Notes: generated by a model not told the origin, from the sequence alone. Positions 9,622-27,346 are shown, counted from the stretch's first letter. The stretch is DNA of 64,000 nucleotides from an uncultured Gemmatimonadales bacterium (GCA_963798845.1 CAWCUS010000001.1:512001-576000); one strand, 5' to 3'. Program-made: numbers and translations.

Positions 9622-9640
9622 CCCCTCAAATGTTGATGGG
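9622..9640. promoter_or_regulatory. Putative PadR operator palindrome
   Basis: CCCCTCAA-ATG-TTGATGGG: 8-bp arms with one mismatch, AT-richer than its surroundings, overlapping the padR start. Confidence 0.55.
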
Positions 9641-10007
9641 AAAGGGGGCACGCGTGGACAACGGGCTGCTGCAGGGGACGCTGGACGTGCTGGTGCTGAA
9701 GGCGCTGGTCTGGGGGCCGCGGCACGGGTACGCGGTGGCAGGCTGGATCCGGGAGACGACGGAGGACGCGCTGCGCGTGGAGGAGGGAGCGCTGTACACG
9801 GCGCTGCACCGGATGGAGAAGCGGAAGTGGCTGGAGAGCGAGTGGGGGCTGAGCGAGAACAACCGTCGGGCGAAGTACTACCGTCTGACGTCGGCGGGTC
9901 GGAGGCAGCTGGCGCAGGGGACGCGGGACTGGACGTCGTACGCGGAAGCGGTGTTCAAGGTGCTGGGTGCGACGGGAGGTGCGGCGAGCGCGGAGACGGC
10001 GACATGA
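9636..10007 (+). CDS. PadR family transcriptional regulator
   Basis: LLQGTLDVLVLKAL..GPRHGY, EEGALYTALHR and SENNRRAKYYRLT; start could instead be GTG at 9654. Confidence 0.93.
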   Translation: MGKGARVDNGLLQGTLDVLVLKALVWGPRHGYAVAGWIRETTEDALRVEEGALYTALHRMEKRKWLESEWGLSENNRRAKYYRLTSAGRRQLAQGTRDWTSYAEAVFKVLGATGGAASAETAT

Positions 10008-12691
10008 GCGGCTTCGAGGGGATTCGGCGGGTCTTCCGGCTCGGGATAGGGGGCGGGGACTCGGAGCGGGAAGTGGACCGCGAGCTGGCGTTCCACTTCG
10101 AGGAGACGGTTCGGGAGCTGGTGTCGTCGGGGATGACGGAGGGGGAGGCGCGCATGGAGTCGCGGCGTCGGTTCGGCGACGAGGCGCGCTATCGTAAAGA
10201 GCTGGGTCGCATGGCGCGGGGAGCGGACCGTCGAATGCGCGTGGCGGAGGGCCTGGGCACGGTGGGGACCGTGGTTCGGGAGGCGGCGCGGGGAGTGGTG
10301 CGGGCGCCGGGGCTGGCGCTGGCGGTGGTGGTGGTGATCGGGCTGGGCGTGGGTGTGAACGCGGCCATGTTCGGGGTGCTGGACCGGGTGTTCGTGCGGC
10401 CGCCGGCGTGGGTGCGGGATGCGGACGGGGTCCGGCGGGTGTTCGTGCATCGCCGCTACAGCACGGGTCGGGAGGGCACCGACGCGTATCACACGTACCC
10501 CGACTACCGGGACTGGAGCGGGGTGGAATCGCTCGCAGCGACGGCGGCGTACTCGCCGCAGGAGCTGGTGGTGACGACGCCGGCGGGGGTCGAGCGTCAG
10601 CCGGTGACGCTGGCGACGGCGGGCTTCTTCCCGCTCCTGGGGGTGCGCCCGTCGCTGGGGCGTTTCTACGGTGAAGCGGAGGACCGGCTGGGTGGGGCGC
10701 GCGTGGCGGTGCTGAGCCACGAGTTCTGGCGCAGCCGGTTCGGTGGCAGCGCGGACGTGCTGGGCGAGCAGGTGGAGGTGGAAGGGACCGGCTACACGGT
10801 GGTCGGCGTCGCCCCGCCGGGGTTCACGGGGGCGGAGCTGAAGCCGGTCTCCGTGTGGCTCCCGTTCCATGCGGCGGGCGAGCTGGTTGAGGGCGGGACG
10901 GAGTGGGTGGAGAGCCGGGGCTGGTACTGGTTCGAAGTTCTGGCGCGTCTGGACCCGTCGGTGCCCGTGCATCGGGCGGAAGCCGAGGCCACCGCTGCGC
11001 TGCGAGCCGGTCGCGCCGACAACCCGGGCTACGACGCCGAGGCGAAGGTGGAGCTGGCGTCGCTGATCCTGGCGCGCACGTCGGAGGCGTCGGCGGAGGC
11101 GAAGGTGGTGCCGTGGCTCATGGGCGTGGCGCTCATGGTGCTTCTGCTCACGTGCGCGAACGTGGCGAACCTGCTCCTGGCGCGGGCGTCGGCCCGGGAG
11201 CGGGAGACAGCGGTCCAGCTCGCGCTCGGCGCCGGCCAGGGGCGGATCATTGGGACGGCGATGCTGGAGAGCATGCTGCTCGCGCTGGCCGGCGGAGCGG
11301 CGGCGATCGTGCTGGCGGCGTGGGGCGGGGGTCTGCTGCGGAGCCTGATGCTCCCCGACCTGGCATGGCGCGACGCTCCCGGCGGGGCCCGGGTGCTGGC
11401 GTTCGGGCTGGCGGTCACGCTGCTGGCCGGCCTGTTGTCGGGCCTGGTGCCGGCGTTCCGCTTGAGCCGGCCGCATGTGGTGGGATCGCTGCGGGCGAAC
11501 GGGCGCGGAGTGGTGCGCGGGCGATCGCGCATGCGCAGCGGTCTGCTGGTGGCACAGGCGGCCATCTCGGTGGTGCTGCTCGTCGGGACCGGGCTGTTCG
11601 TGCTGAGCCTGCGGCACGCCCGCGGCGTGGATCTCGGCTTCGAGCCGGACCGGGTTCTGCTGGTGAGGCTGGAGCCGGAAGGCGGCTATCCGGGCGGCGA
11701 GGCGATGACGCGGATGTACAGGGACGCCCGTGAGGAGGTGAGGGGGCTGGCGGGAGTGGACGCCACCGCCATATCGACCACCCTTCCCTTCCGCAACAAC
11801 CGGGGAGTGGATCTCCGGGTGCCTGGTCTGGACAGCATCCCGACCACGGCGGCGGGCGGGGCGTACATCAACGCCGTCACCGGCGGCTACTTCGAGGTGA
11901 TGGGCCTGGAGGTCCTGCAGGGGCGGGGGCTGGATGACGCGGATGACGGGTCGGCGGCGCGCGTGGCGGTGGTGAACGCGACCATGGCGCGACTGCTCTG
12001 GCCGGGCGGCGGAGCGCTGGGGCAGTGCCTGATCATCGAGGAGCACCCGTGCGCCACGGTGGTGGGCGTGGTGGAGGACCACCACCGCTACGAGCTGGAA
12101 GAGCCGGCCAGCCTCCAGTACTACGTCCCCCTCTCCCAGGCGCCGTTCCCCTGGCCTCCCACGCGGCTGATCGTGGAGACGGCGCATCCGGGGGCGCTGG
12201 CGGGCCCGGTCCGCGACGCGCTCCAGGGGCAGATCCCGGGCGCGAAGCTGGTGACCACGCAGCCGTACGAGGACGTGATCGACCCGAGCTACCGATCGTG
12301 GCAGCTGGGCGCCACGCTGTTCGCCGCGTTCGGCGTGCTCGCCCTGCTGGTGGCCGCCGTCGGCCTCTACAGCGTGCTCTCCTTCAACGTGCTCGAGCGC
12401 CGTCCGGAGCTCGGGATCCGGAGCGCGCTGGGCGCCGGCTCGGCGCGGCTGATCCGGCTCTTCCTCGGCGACGGCATCCGGGTCGCCGGCATCGGCACCC
12501 TCCTCGGCCTCGCCGCGGGCGGATTCGCGGCCACCCGCGCCGAGCCGCTCCTCTTCCGCGTGGACCCGCTCGACCCCCGCGTCCTGGGCGCCGTCGCCGT
12601 CGCGGTCCTCACGGTCGCGGCCGTGGCCAGCGTCCTCCCCGCGTGGCGCGCCACGCGCGTGGACCCGAACGAGGTGCTGCGTTCCGAGTGA
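10004..12691 (+). CDS. Duplicated MacB/FtsX-type ABC permease (ADOP-like)
   Basis: N-terminal permease prefix (ELAFHFEE...RRFG); two MacB-PCD plus FtsX repeats (CANVANLLLAR, ELGIRSALGA); C-terminal VDPNEVLRSE; ATGA-coupled to padR. Confidence 0.92.
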   Translation: MSGFEGIRRVFRLGIGGGDSEREVDRELAFHFEETVRELVSSGMTEGEARMESRRRFGDEARYRKELGRMARGADRRMRVAEGLGTVGTVVREAARGVVRAPGLALAVVVVIGLGVGVNAAMFGVLDRVFVRPPAWVRDADGVRRVFVHRRYSTGREGTDAYHTYPDYRDWSGVESLAATAAYSPQELVVTTPAGVERQPVTLATAGFFPLLGVRPSLGRFYGEAEDRLGGARVAVLSHEFWRSRFGGSADVLGEQVEVEGTGYTVVGVAPPGFTGAELKPVSVWLPFHAAGELVEGGTEWVESRGWYWFEVLARLDPSVPVHRAEAEATAALRAGRADNPGYDAEAKVELASLILARTSEASAEAKVVPWLMGVALMVLLLTCANVANLLLARASARERETAVQLALGAGQGRIIGTAMLESMLLALAGGAAAIVLAAWGGGLLRSLMLPDLAWRDAPGGARVLAFGLAVTLLAGLLSGLVPAFRLSRPHVVGSLRANGRGVVRGRSRMRSGLLVAQAAISVVLLVGTGLFVLSLRHARGVDLGFEPDRVLLVRLEPEGGYPGGEAMTRMYRDAREEVRGLAGVDATAISTTLPFRNNRGVDLRVPGLDSIPTTAAGGAYINAVTGGYFEVMGLEVLQGRGLDDADDGSAARVAVVNATMARLLWPGGGALGQCLIIEEHPCATVVGVVEDHHRYELEEPASLQYYVPLSQAPFPWPPTRLIVETAHPGALAGPVRDALQGQIPGAKLVTTQPYEDVIDPSYRSWQLGATLFAAFGVLALLVAAVGLYSVLSFNVLERRPELGIRSALGAGSARLIRLFLGDGIRVAGIGTLLGLAAGGFAATRAEPLLFRVDPLDPRVLGAVAVAVLTVAAVASVLPAWRATRVDPNEVLRSE

Positions 12692-12740
12692 GGCTGTCGG
12701 GAGGGCGGACCGCTCCTGACGCTCGCCCGACCGCGCCGGC

Positions 12741-16241
<3,501 letters not shown>

Positions 16242-16244
16242 CGG

Positions 16245-16361
16245 CTACTCCACCTCCCCCTTCCCCCGTTCCTTCCGCAGGGCGGTGGCCGTGATGAGGA
16301 TCAGGCCGCCCCAGATGAAGCCGCCGATCACGACGAAGGTGGCGATAGCTGCCGTGTTCAT
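16245..16361 (-). CDS. MetS-like small subunit of an NSS transporter (38 aa, one TM helix)
   Basis: MNTAAIATFVVIGGFIWGGLILITATALRKE: the WGG-containing single-helix pattern typical of NSS small subunits. Confidence 0.7.
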   Translation of the reverse strand: MNTAAIATFVVIGGFIWGGLILITATALRKERGKGEVE

Positions 16362-16704
16362 GGGAACCGGTGGGTGGAATGCGTTCGGGACGGAATGATG
16401 GCCGCTGTGCCGGCGGTCGCGCAAGCATCGCCCCGTCCGGGGGATGGGCCGCTCGCCTCGGCCTGGCGAAAGTGGTGCATCGGTCCCATCGTAGCTGCCC
16501 CGGAGGCGGCACGAGCGGATGCCGAACCCGGATTCCCGTGGCGCTCGGGGGGTCCGGGTCTTGCATTCCCGGACGGCACCTCGGGGCGGCTCGAGCCATC
16601 GCCCCGCGGCCGGATATGGCGCGCTCGCCGCCTGCTCACGAACGGCGGCGTTCGACCGATAGATGAACGGGACCGCGAGCACGATGAGTTCTGTAGGAGG
16701 AACG

Positions 16705-16989
16705 GTGGACAGCGCCTATCCGGCCATCGAAGAACGCCTGGGAACGCTCATCATCGAGGGGCAGCGGCAGGAGGTCTGGGTCCGGTCGAGCCCGGACACG
16801 GACGGAACGTGGCACAACGCCCTTCTCTTCCGCCGCGACGGAAAGCTGTCCGCCCCCGAGCCCACGGTCGCGGGCGTGGACTGGCACGTGCCGCCCGGGA
16901 TCGCGCTCCAGCGGGCGCAGGAGCTGGCGCAGCGCGAGCAGATCCAGCTGTTCCACCGCGCCCGGCGCCCGCGACCGCCCCTGTTCTAG
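16705..16989 (+). CDS. Hypothetical protein
   Basis: AGGAGGA RBS then GTG at 16705; globular-looking sequence. Confidence 0.65.
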   Translation: MDSAYPAIEERLGTLIIEGQRQEVWVRSSPDTDGTWHNALLFRRDGKLSAPEPTVAGVDWHVPPGIALQRAQELAQREQIQLFHRARRPRPPLF

Positions 16990-16991
16990 CG

Positions 16992-17549
16992 CTACTGCTG
17001 CGAGAGCGAGGCTACGTACCCCGCCACTGCCTGCACCTGGTCCGGTGTCAGGCTGGCGCCGCCCATGGCCGGCATCGGCGCCGGGTGGGAGACGGGGTTC
17101 GGCACACCGCTGGTGATCAGCCTCGCCAGCTCCTCCACGTTCGGCCCGGAGACGTGCAGCCACTCGGTGTCGGTCAGGTCCGGAGCGAGCTGGGTACCGT
17201 GGCCATCGGGGCCGTGACAGGTGTAGCAGTTCCCCTGCCCCTTGAAGATCTGCTGCCCCTCGTCGTACTGCGCCCGGGTGACTCCGGCTGCGAGCTTCGC
17301 CGGAGCCTGGCCTCCGGCCTCCTGCGCAGCCACCGGCGCGGCTCCCGTGTCACCGGGCACCTGCACGATCTCGGGGCGCGGTCGATCGGGCGTGCCGATC
17401 CCCTCCATGGCGCTGCCCGGCTCACTACTCACGACGAGCCCGGGCTGCTCCAGCGGCGCTTTCGTGTAGCCGCGGGAATCGGTCGTCTCCGTGTCGCCGC
17501 AGGCGGTGAGGGCGAGCATGGTGGCGAGCATCAGCAAGGTCGAGCGCAT
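16992..17549 (-). CDS. Monoheme cytochrome c lipoprotein
   Basis: Lipobox LTAC, CYTCH heme motif and distal Met in PMPAMGG. Confidence 0.9.
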   Translation of the reverse strand: MRSTLLMLATMLALTACGDTETTDSRGYTKAPLEQPGLVVSSEPGSAMEGIGTPDRPRPEIVQVPGDTGAAPVAAQEAGGQAPAKLAAGVTRAQYDEGQQIFKGQGNCYTCHGPDGHGTQLAPDLTDTEWLHVSGPNVEELARLITSGVPNPVSHPAPMPAMGGASLTPDQVQAVAGYVASLSQQ

Positions 17550-17649
17550 CTATCCTCCGGGGAATCCATCCGAGCCATGAGAGCGCGAGAAAATACCGCG
17601 GGACCTGGGAGCGCGCCAGCGTGCGAGCGAGGCCGCAATGTAGGGGCTC

Positions 17650-17678
17650 TTGACATTGTTCCATATTCGTCGTTCATT
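17650..17678 (+). promoter_or_regulatory. Putative sigma-70 promoter
   Basis: Perfect TTGACA, 17-bp spacer and weak -10 (TTCATT) in an AT-rich patch. Confidence 0.45.
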
Positions 17679-17730
17679 GCCGACATTCGCGAACAAGTCC
17701 ATTCCGAACCCTAGCGCGACAGGAGCCAGC

Positions 17731-18123
17731 ATGGCCGAGGCAAACCCCGCCGTCATGGAAATGGTGGAGGCGGAGCTCAAGAAGAACCCGGACGTCTCCA
17801 ATCCCGAGCTGTTCGAGCGTGCGAAGCGGATCGACAAGGGCGTAGCCGAGTTGAGCGCGCGGCAGTTCAACGCTACCTATCCGCTCCAGGTCAAGCGGGC
17901 GATGGCGCCGAAGAAGCCGGCCCGGAAGCGAAAGGCGCCGGCGCGTCGCGCCAGCCGCAGTCCGGCCGCCGGCGCGGGTCAGGACCGCGGCCGTGACCGC
18001 GTCCGCACCGTGCTGCTGGAGCTGGCGCGGGATGTGGCGAACGCCCAGGGGAAGGGCGACGTGGTCGACGTGATCGTGGGCATCGACGGCTACGTGGACC
18101 GGGTCGTGAAAGCGGCCGGCTGA
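17731..18123 (+). CDS. Hypothetical protein with a basic K/R/A/P linker
   Basis: AGGAG RBS then ATG at 17731; two helical-looking regions joined by PKKPARKRKAPARRASRSP. Confidence 0.8.
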   Translation: MAEANPAVMEMVEAELKKNPDVSNPELFERAKRIDKGVAELSARQFNATYPLQVKRAMAPKKPARKRKAPARRASRSPAAGAGQDRGRDRVRTVLLELARDVANAQGKGDVVDVIVGIDGYVDRVVKAAG

Positions 18124-18153
18124 CCCTGTTCGCCGCCCGCGGGGTACGGGCGC

Positions 18154-18896
18154 CTACACACCCGCGGCGGCGCGGTCCACGAACCAGGTCGTCCCGTCTT
18201 CCGCGTCGACGAGCGCGGCGGGCGGGACGTTGTCGTCCCGGCTCGCTCCGCCTTCGCCTTTCACCTGTTCGAACGCCTCCCGTTTCTCCGGCCCCGCTGC
18301 GAGCATGAGCGCGCGCCGTGCGCCGTTGATGGCGCGCAGCGTGACGGTGACGCGGTCCACGGGCTCCTGACCCTCCGGCGGCCGGGCCGGCTTCGCCCAA
18401 CGCGCATCATCCGGATCCACGTGCCCCGGAAACAGGGACGCCGTGTGTCCATCGGCGCCGAGCCCGAGGATCACCAGGTCGAACGAGGCGCGGCCGCGAT
18501 CGCGCGGCCCCGGCGGCGACGGCTGCCCGAAGAAGCGGGCCAGCTCATCGTGGTATGCGGCGGCGGCCGCTGCCGCGCCCAGCTCGCCGCGGATCCGGTG
18601 CACGGCGGACGCGCGGACGGGGAGTCCGGCGAGGAGCGTGTCCCGGGCAAGCCCGAAGTTGCTGCGCGCGTCGTCCGGCGGGACGCACCGCTCGTCCCCC
18701 CAGAAGAGCTCCGCCCGCTCCCACGGCGCGGCGCGGCGGAAGTCGGCGGCGAGGATCTGGTAGAGGCGCCGGGGCGTGTGGCCGCCGGCGAGGGCGAGGA
18801 CGAAACGGCCGGTGCGGGTGATGGCTGCGGCCGCGAGCGTGGCCACGTGGGCGGCGGCGGCGCGGCTGGCGGCCTCCAGGTCGGGCAGCACTTGGA

Positions 18897-18912
<16 letters not shown>
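18154..18912 (-). CDS. pgl: 6-phosphogluconolactonase
   Basis: LAGGHTP, WGDERCVP, SNF and LGLGADGHTASLFP. Confidence 0.95.
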
Positions 18913-20357
<1,445 letters not shown>

Positions 20358-20358
20358 G

Positions 20359-21267
20359 CTACCGCTCCCGGCGGACGGCGTGGCCGCCGAACTCGTTGCG
20401 CATCATGGCCAGCAGGCGGTCGGAGAAGGAGTCCTCGACGCGCGAACGGAGCCGGGCCTGGAGCGCCAGCGTGATGACGGGCGCCGGGACGTCGAGGTCC
20501 ATGGCCTCAGCCACCGTCCAGCGCCCCTCGCCCGAATCCGCCACCCAGGGCGCGATCCCTTCCAGCGATGGGTTGTCGTGCAACGCGTCGGCGGTGAGGT
20601 CCAGCAGCCACGAACGGACGACGCTGCCGAAGCGCCAGATCTCCGCCACCCGTGCCAGATCGAGCCCGAACTCCTCCTTCGCGCTCAGGACGTGGAACCC
20701 CTCGGCGTACGCCTGCATCAGCCCGTACTCGATGCCGTTGTGGACCATCTTCACGAAATGACCGGACCCCGTCGGGCCGACGCGCCCCCAGCCGCGGTCC
20801 TTTCCGGGCGCGAGCGCCTCGAAGATGGGCCGGAGCCGGTCCACGACCTCCGGCGCGCCGCCCACCATCAGGCTGTAGCCCTCCTCCAGACCCCAGACGC
20901 CGCCGCTCGTGCCCGCGTCCACCCAGTGCACCCCCGCGGCGCGCACGCGCTCGCCCCGGCGCAGCGTGTCGCGATAGTACGAGTTGCCCCCGTCGACCAG
21001 GGTGTCGTCGGCGTCGAGGCGGGGGAGAAGGCCGTCCACGGTCTCGTCCACGGGCGTGCCGGCCGGGACCATGATCCAGATGGCGCGCGGCGGCCTCAGC
21101 GCGTCCACAACCGCGTCGAGCGACGCCACGGCCTCGACGCCTGTCGACTCCGCCCGGCGCCTGGCCTCCTCGCCCGGGTCGAAGCCGACCACCCGGTGCC
21201 GCGCGCGGACCAGCCGCTCGGCCATGTTCGCGCCCATGCGCCCCAACCCGATCATCCCCATGTCCAT
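20359..21267 (-). CDS. gnd: Decarboxylating 6-phosphogluconate dehydrogenase (short type)
   Basis: GLGRMG, DGGNS, DAGTSGG, KMVHNGIEYG, DSGEGRW and RNEFGGH. Confidence 0.95.
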   Translation of the reverse strand: MDMGMIGLGRMGANMAERLVRARHRVVGFDPGEEARRRAESTGVEAVASLDAVVDALRPPRAIWIMVPAGTPVDETVDGLLPRLDADDTLVDGGNSYYRDTLRRGERVRAAGVHWVDAGTSGGVWGLEEGYSLMVGGAPEVVDRLRPIFEALAPGKDRGWGRVGPTGSGHFVKMVHNGIEYGLMQAYAEGFHVLSAKEEFGLDLARVAEIWRFGSVVRSWLLDLTADALHDNPSLEGIAPWVADSGEGRWTVAEAMDLDVPAPVITLALQARLRSRVEDSFSDRLLAMMRNEFGGHAVRRER

Positions 21268-21280
21268 GGGAGTCTCCCTT

Positions 21281-21895
21281 TCACGGTTCGACGTCGACAC
21301 CGCGGGAATGGAGATCCGCCCGCAGCACGGCGGCCGACCGGTACTGCATGGCGCGGACCCCCACCTGCTGCGCGGCCTCCACGTTGACGGCGCGGTCATC
21401 GACGAACAGGCAGTCGGACGGCTCCTGCTGGAGGACGCGGCAGGCGATCCGGAAGATGGCGGGGTCGGGCTTGCGCACGCCGAGATAGCAGGAGCTGAAG
21501 AACGCGGTGAACGGGCCGCGGAGGCCGAAGGTGTCGATGCGGAAGCGGTTGAGCTCCAGCGACTCGTTGTTGATGGTGGCCAGCAGAAGGCCGGGAACGC
21601 GCGCCAGTTCCGGCAGCAATGCCAGCGCATCCTCCCGCGGCCGCGATTGCGCCTCCATGAAGCGGCGGAAGTCGTCGCGCTCGAACGTCCGCGGGCGGTG
21701 GAACACGGTCCGGTCCAGGTACTCGTCGAGGCTGATCCTCCCGGTCTCGAAAGCGTCCACCACCGATTCGTGGCGCGCCTCCAGCTCCTCCGCATCGAGG
21801 CCGAAGGCGTCGACCGCGCGAGCGCGTGCGCCGCTGTCCCAGCCGTTGGTGAGGAGCACTCCGCCGACGTCGAGAAAGAGGACGGCTGTCGTCAC
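21281..21895 (-). CDS. HAD-family hydrolase
   Basis: DVGGVLLT, RKPDP and FVDD motifs; GTGA overlap with the upstream gene. Confidence 0.88.
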   Translation of the reverse strand: MTTAVLFLDVGGVLLTNGWDSGARARAVDAFGLDAEELEARHESVVDAFETGRISLDEYLDRTVFHRPRTFERDDFRRFMEAQSRPREDALALLPELARVPGLLLATINNESLELNRFRIDTFGLRGPFTAFFSSCYLGVRKPDPAIFRIACRVLQQEPSDCLFVDDRAVNVEAAQQVGVRAMQYRSAAVLRADLHSRGVDVEP

Positions 21896-24289
21896 GACGG
21901 GCTCCCCTGCACCACCTCCACCTCGTGATCCTCCCCCTCCCATCCGCTCTCCCGGTGGAAGGTGAAGCGGAGCGGTGCGCGATGGCCAGCGCGGGTCGGC
22001 AGGTCCACGTAGCCCAGACCCAGGCCGGTGACGGTGGCGTCGTCGTCGTGGACCGTGACCCAGTCGTCGTCGCTCCAGTGCAGCGTGAAGGCGGCCGGTG
22101 CCACGATCCGGAGCGTGCGCCCTGCCAGCACGGCGCGGACGCGGCGATTCGGCTTCCAGACCTCGAGCTCGCGCACACCGTGGCGGTCCCCGAGGTAGCG
22201 CAGGGCCACGGGCGTCACGCGGTCCCACACCTCGGAATCGGTCGCCGAGCGGAGCAGCTTGATGTACTCGGCGTGCGCCCACATGAGGGGCATGGCCGCG
22301 CCGGTGGGGCGGCCCAGGCGCATGTGGGCGGCCGGCAGGTCCGGCGCGTCCCACACCTGCTCGGTGAGCAGCCCCGTATCGGTGGCGAACCACTCGAGGG
22401 CGCGGAGGTACGGTCCCGGGTCGCGTCCCGCCGCCAGCTCGTAGTGCCCTCGCTCACCGGCGAGCAGCGGCCAGGCGCGGCCGCGCCCCCAGCCGTCGAA
22501 CGCGCTGCCATCGTCCCTCTGTCCGTAGCCGTCGTGATTGTAGCGCCGCCACACGGGACCCCCCGGCGTGTCCACGCGCAGCGCCGCGTCCACGACCCGC
22601 AGCGAGTCCTCCATGAGCGCGCTGCCCGCGCGGCGGATCCCGTAGCGGACCAGGTCCAGGAAGCCCGCGTCCACGATCTCGCGGGCGGGAAAGACCGCCC
22701 GCTCACCGGGAGCGCGGTTGGCGATCCGGATCTCGCCGCGGTCGGGGTCCTCGTCGGGCGAGACGTCGTCGACGGTGACCGGAAGGATGCGGATGTAGTG
22801 GCGGGCGACGTCCGTCAGGAGCGAGCCATTGGTGGTGACGGTCCACGCCTCGACGTGGCGTTCCAGAAAGTCGGCGTACTCCAGGAGGAAGCGCGCGGTG
22901 CCCGGGTCGCCCGCGCCGCGGGCGAAATCCGCGGCGCAGACGAGCGCTGCGATGTTTGAAGCCAGGGTGGCGGGGGAGTAGCCGCCGGCCTCCTCCCACC
23001 GGTCCTGCTCGGTGGCGGGTCCATGTCGCACCAGGTACGCGGCGGCGCGCAGCACCATGAAGGAGGGGTCGAAGTCGTCGAGCGCGTCCATGGCCCTGAG
23101 CCGCCACGCCAGGAGGATCGGGAAGGCGACCTCGTCCAGCTGGATACCCTGCCAGTACGGCTCCCCGTCGATCCAGAAGTTCTGGGGGAAGCCGCCGTCG
23201 GCGCGCTGCGCCACGCACAGGTAGACCAGCGCCCGCCGCGCCGGCCCCGGGAGCCCGGCCGCCAGGAGGCCGCCCGCGCTGTTGACCATGTCGCGCGTCC
23301 ACACCAGGTGGTAGCCGCCCTGGTCGTCGTCGCCACGGACTTCACCCCATGGAATGGAGAGCGACGCGATGAGCGCGCCCGGGAACGTCTTGTCCTCGTG
23401 GGCGAGGATCAGGCTGGCGCTGCGGCGGTAGAGCCGACCGCCGTCGCCGGTGGCCGGGTCCAGCGTCGCGAGGCGACGTCCGATCCGCTCCCACTGCTCA
23501 ACGAAGCGCGACAGCTGCCGGTCGAAGGGGGTCGCCAGCGCCTCGAACAGGGTGGTGGCCGCGCTCTCCTTCGAATCGCCGAAAGCCACGGCGAGCGTGA
23601 ACGCCGCGGTGGCGCCGGCGGCGACCTCGCCGATGAGCGCCACGTTGCCGCCGAGCGCGCGCTCGAAGCTCCAGTCGAGCGTCCGGTCCTGGTGGAGGTC
23701 GGTCCAGCCGTCGCTCGTCCCCACGTAGCCGCACGAGGCCGCGTCGAAGCCGCCGCTGGCGCCGAGCACCAACCAGACGCCGCCCTTCTCCGCGGTGAGC
23801 ACCCGCCGGCCGGCCACCTCCTCGACGCGGGCGTCGTTGGCCCAGCCGCCCACCTGGAGGTGGGGAGCGGCGAGAGCGTAGACGCGGAGGGTGGCGAGGA
23901 ATGCGGCGTCGCCGCGGAAGCGGACGCGCTGGAGGACGCACGGCTGGATGGGGTCGGTGATGACGTCCTTCTCGATGGCGTAGCGGCCGGTGGGGTCCTC
24001 GCTGACCACGTGGAACGCGAGGGCGTGCGGGGAGAGCGCGGACGTGGTGGAGCGGAGGTCGCGCTTCTCGTCGTGGAAGAAGGTGCGCCCGTCGGTGACC
24101 AGGAACTGGAGGTCCCGCATCTGCGGGCGGTCCACGGTGGGGTAGTAGACTTCCGTCACCACCCCGTTCCAGAGGGTGAACCAGACGCGAGAGGCGCGGT
24201 CGTGCGCCGTGCCGACGGCATCCTTGCCGCCGTGCGTCCAGCGCGGCTCGATGCCCGGCGCCCCGAACGCGTCGCCCCCCGCGCGGCGG

Positions 24290-24297
<8 letters not shown>
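21892..24297 (-). CDS. Glucoamylase / glucodextranase (GH15)
   Basis: [37 protein letters not shown] and [10 protein letters not shown]. Confidence 0.93.
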
Positions 24298-26314
<2,017 letters not shown>

Positions 26315-26319
26315 CCGAT

Positions 26320-27346
26320 CTATCCTGCTCTTTCGATTCCCTGTTCCATGAGCCATTCGCGAGCGAACGCCGCCGCCCCGATGGCACCCGCGTGGTCACC
26401 CAGCGCGGCACGTACGACGCGGAGCGTCCTCACCCCGGCCGCCAGCGCCCGCTCCCGCACGATTTCGCGCACCCGATCCACGTAAAACGGGACATTCTGC
26501 ACGACGCCGCCCCCGAGCACCAGGGTGCACGGATTGAACCCGTTCACCACGCCCACCAGCCCCGCGCCCAGGATTTCTGCCGTTTCATCCACCAGCCGCG
26601 TGGCCAGCGGGTCCCCGTCCTCCCGAGCCTCGTGGACGGTCTCGGCCGTGATCGCCGCCGACTCACCCGCGCGCCGCACCAGCTCCGCACCCGCGTCGGG
26701 GTCCGCGCCCACGATCTCGCGCGCCCGCTTCGCGATGGCCCAGCCGCCGGCGTACGCTTCGAGGCAGCCGTGGTTCCCGCAACGGCACTCCCGTCCGCCC
26801 ACCACCACCGTCATGTGGCCGAGCTCGCCGGCCATGTTCGTGCAGCCGGTGAGCATCCGGCGCCCGCTCACCACGCCCACCGCCGATCCCGGTCCCGACG
26901 AACACGACGACCAGGTCGTCCACGCCGGCGCCGGCCCCGTGCCGCCACTCCCCCCAGGCCGCCGCCTGTACGTCGTTGAGCACGGCCACGGGGAGGTCCA
27001 GGGCGTGCTCGAGGGTGGCGCGCAGCGGGGCGTCGCGCCAGAAGAGGTTGGGGGCGTAGGACACCACCCCGGTCTGCGCAGCCACCTGCCCCGCCACGCC
27101 CACCCCGATCCCGGCCACCGGCGCCCCCGCCGCACGGTCCCCGCACGCGCGCACCGTCGCGACGATCTCGGCGACGACGCCGTCGAAGCCGCCAGCCACG
27201 TCCGTCTCCCGGCGCTCGGAGGCCACCACCCGCCCGGAGGGGTCCACGAGGGCCGCCAGGACCTTGGTCCCGCCGAGGTCCACCCCGATCGTGAGCGGCG
27301 CCGGCCCCGAAGCGCCGGCGGCGCTGCCTGCGGGCGCTGTCGTCAT
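26320..27346 (-). pseudogene. ROK-family glucokinase split by a frameshift near 26878 (pseudogene or sequencing error)
   Basis: DLGGTK, NDVQAAAWGE and GTGIGGG lie in one frame; AGELGH and CRCGNHGCLEAYA lie in another; an apparent extra G in GGT-GGG-CGT. Confidence 0.85.

Noticed and set aside
16380..16660. Riboswitch or attenuator upstream of carB (several small hairpins, e.g. GTCCGGG-N9-CCCGGAC at 16552-16574)
   Set aside because: No recognisable PyrR or riboswitch consensus and no U-tract. Short hairpins are expected by chance at this GC level.
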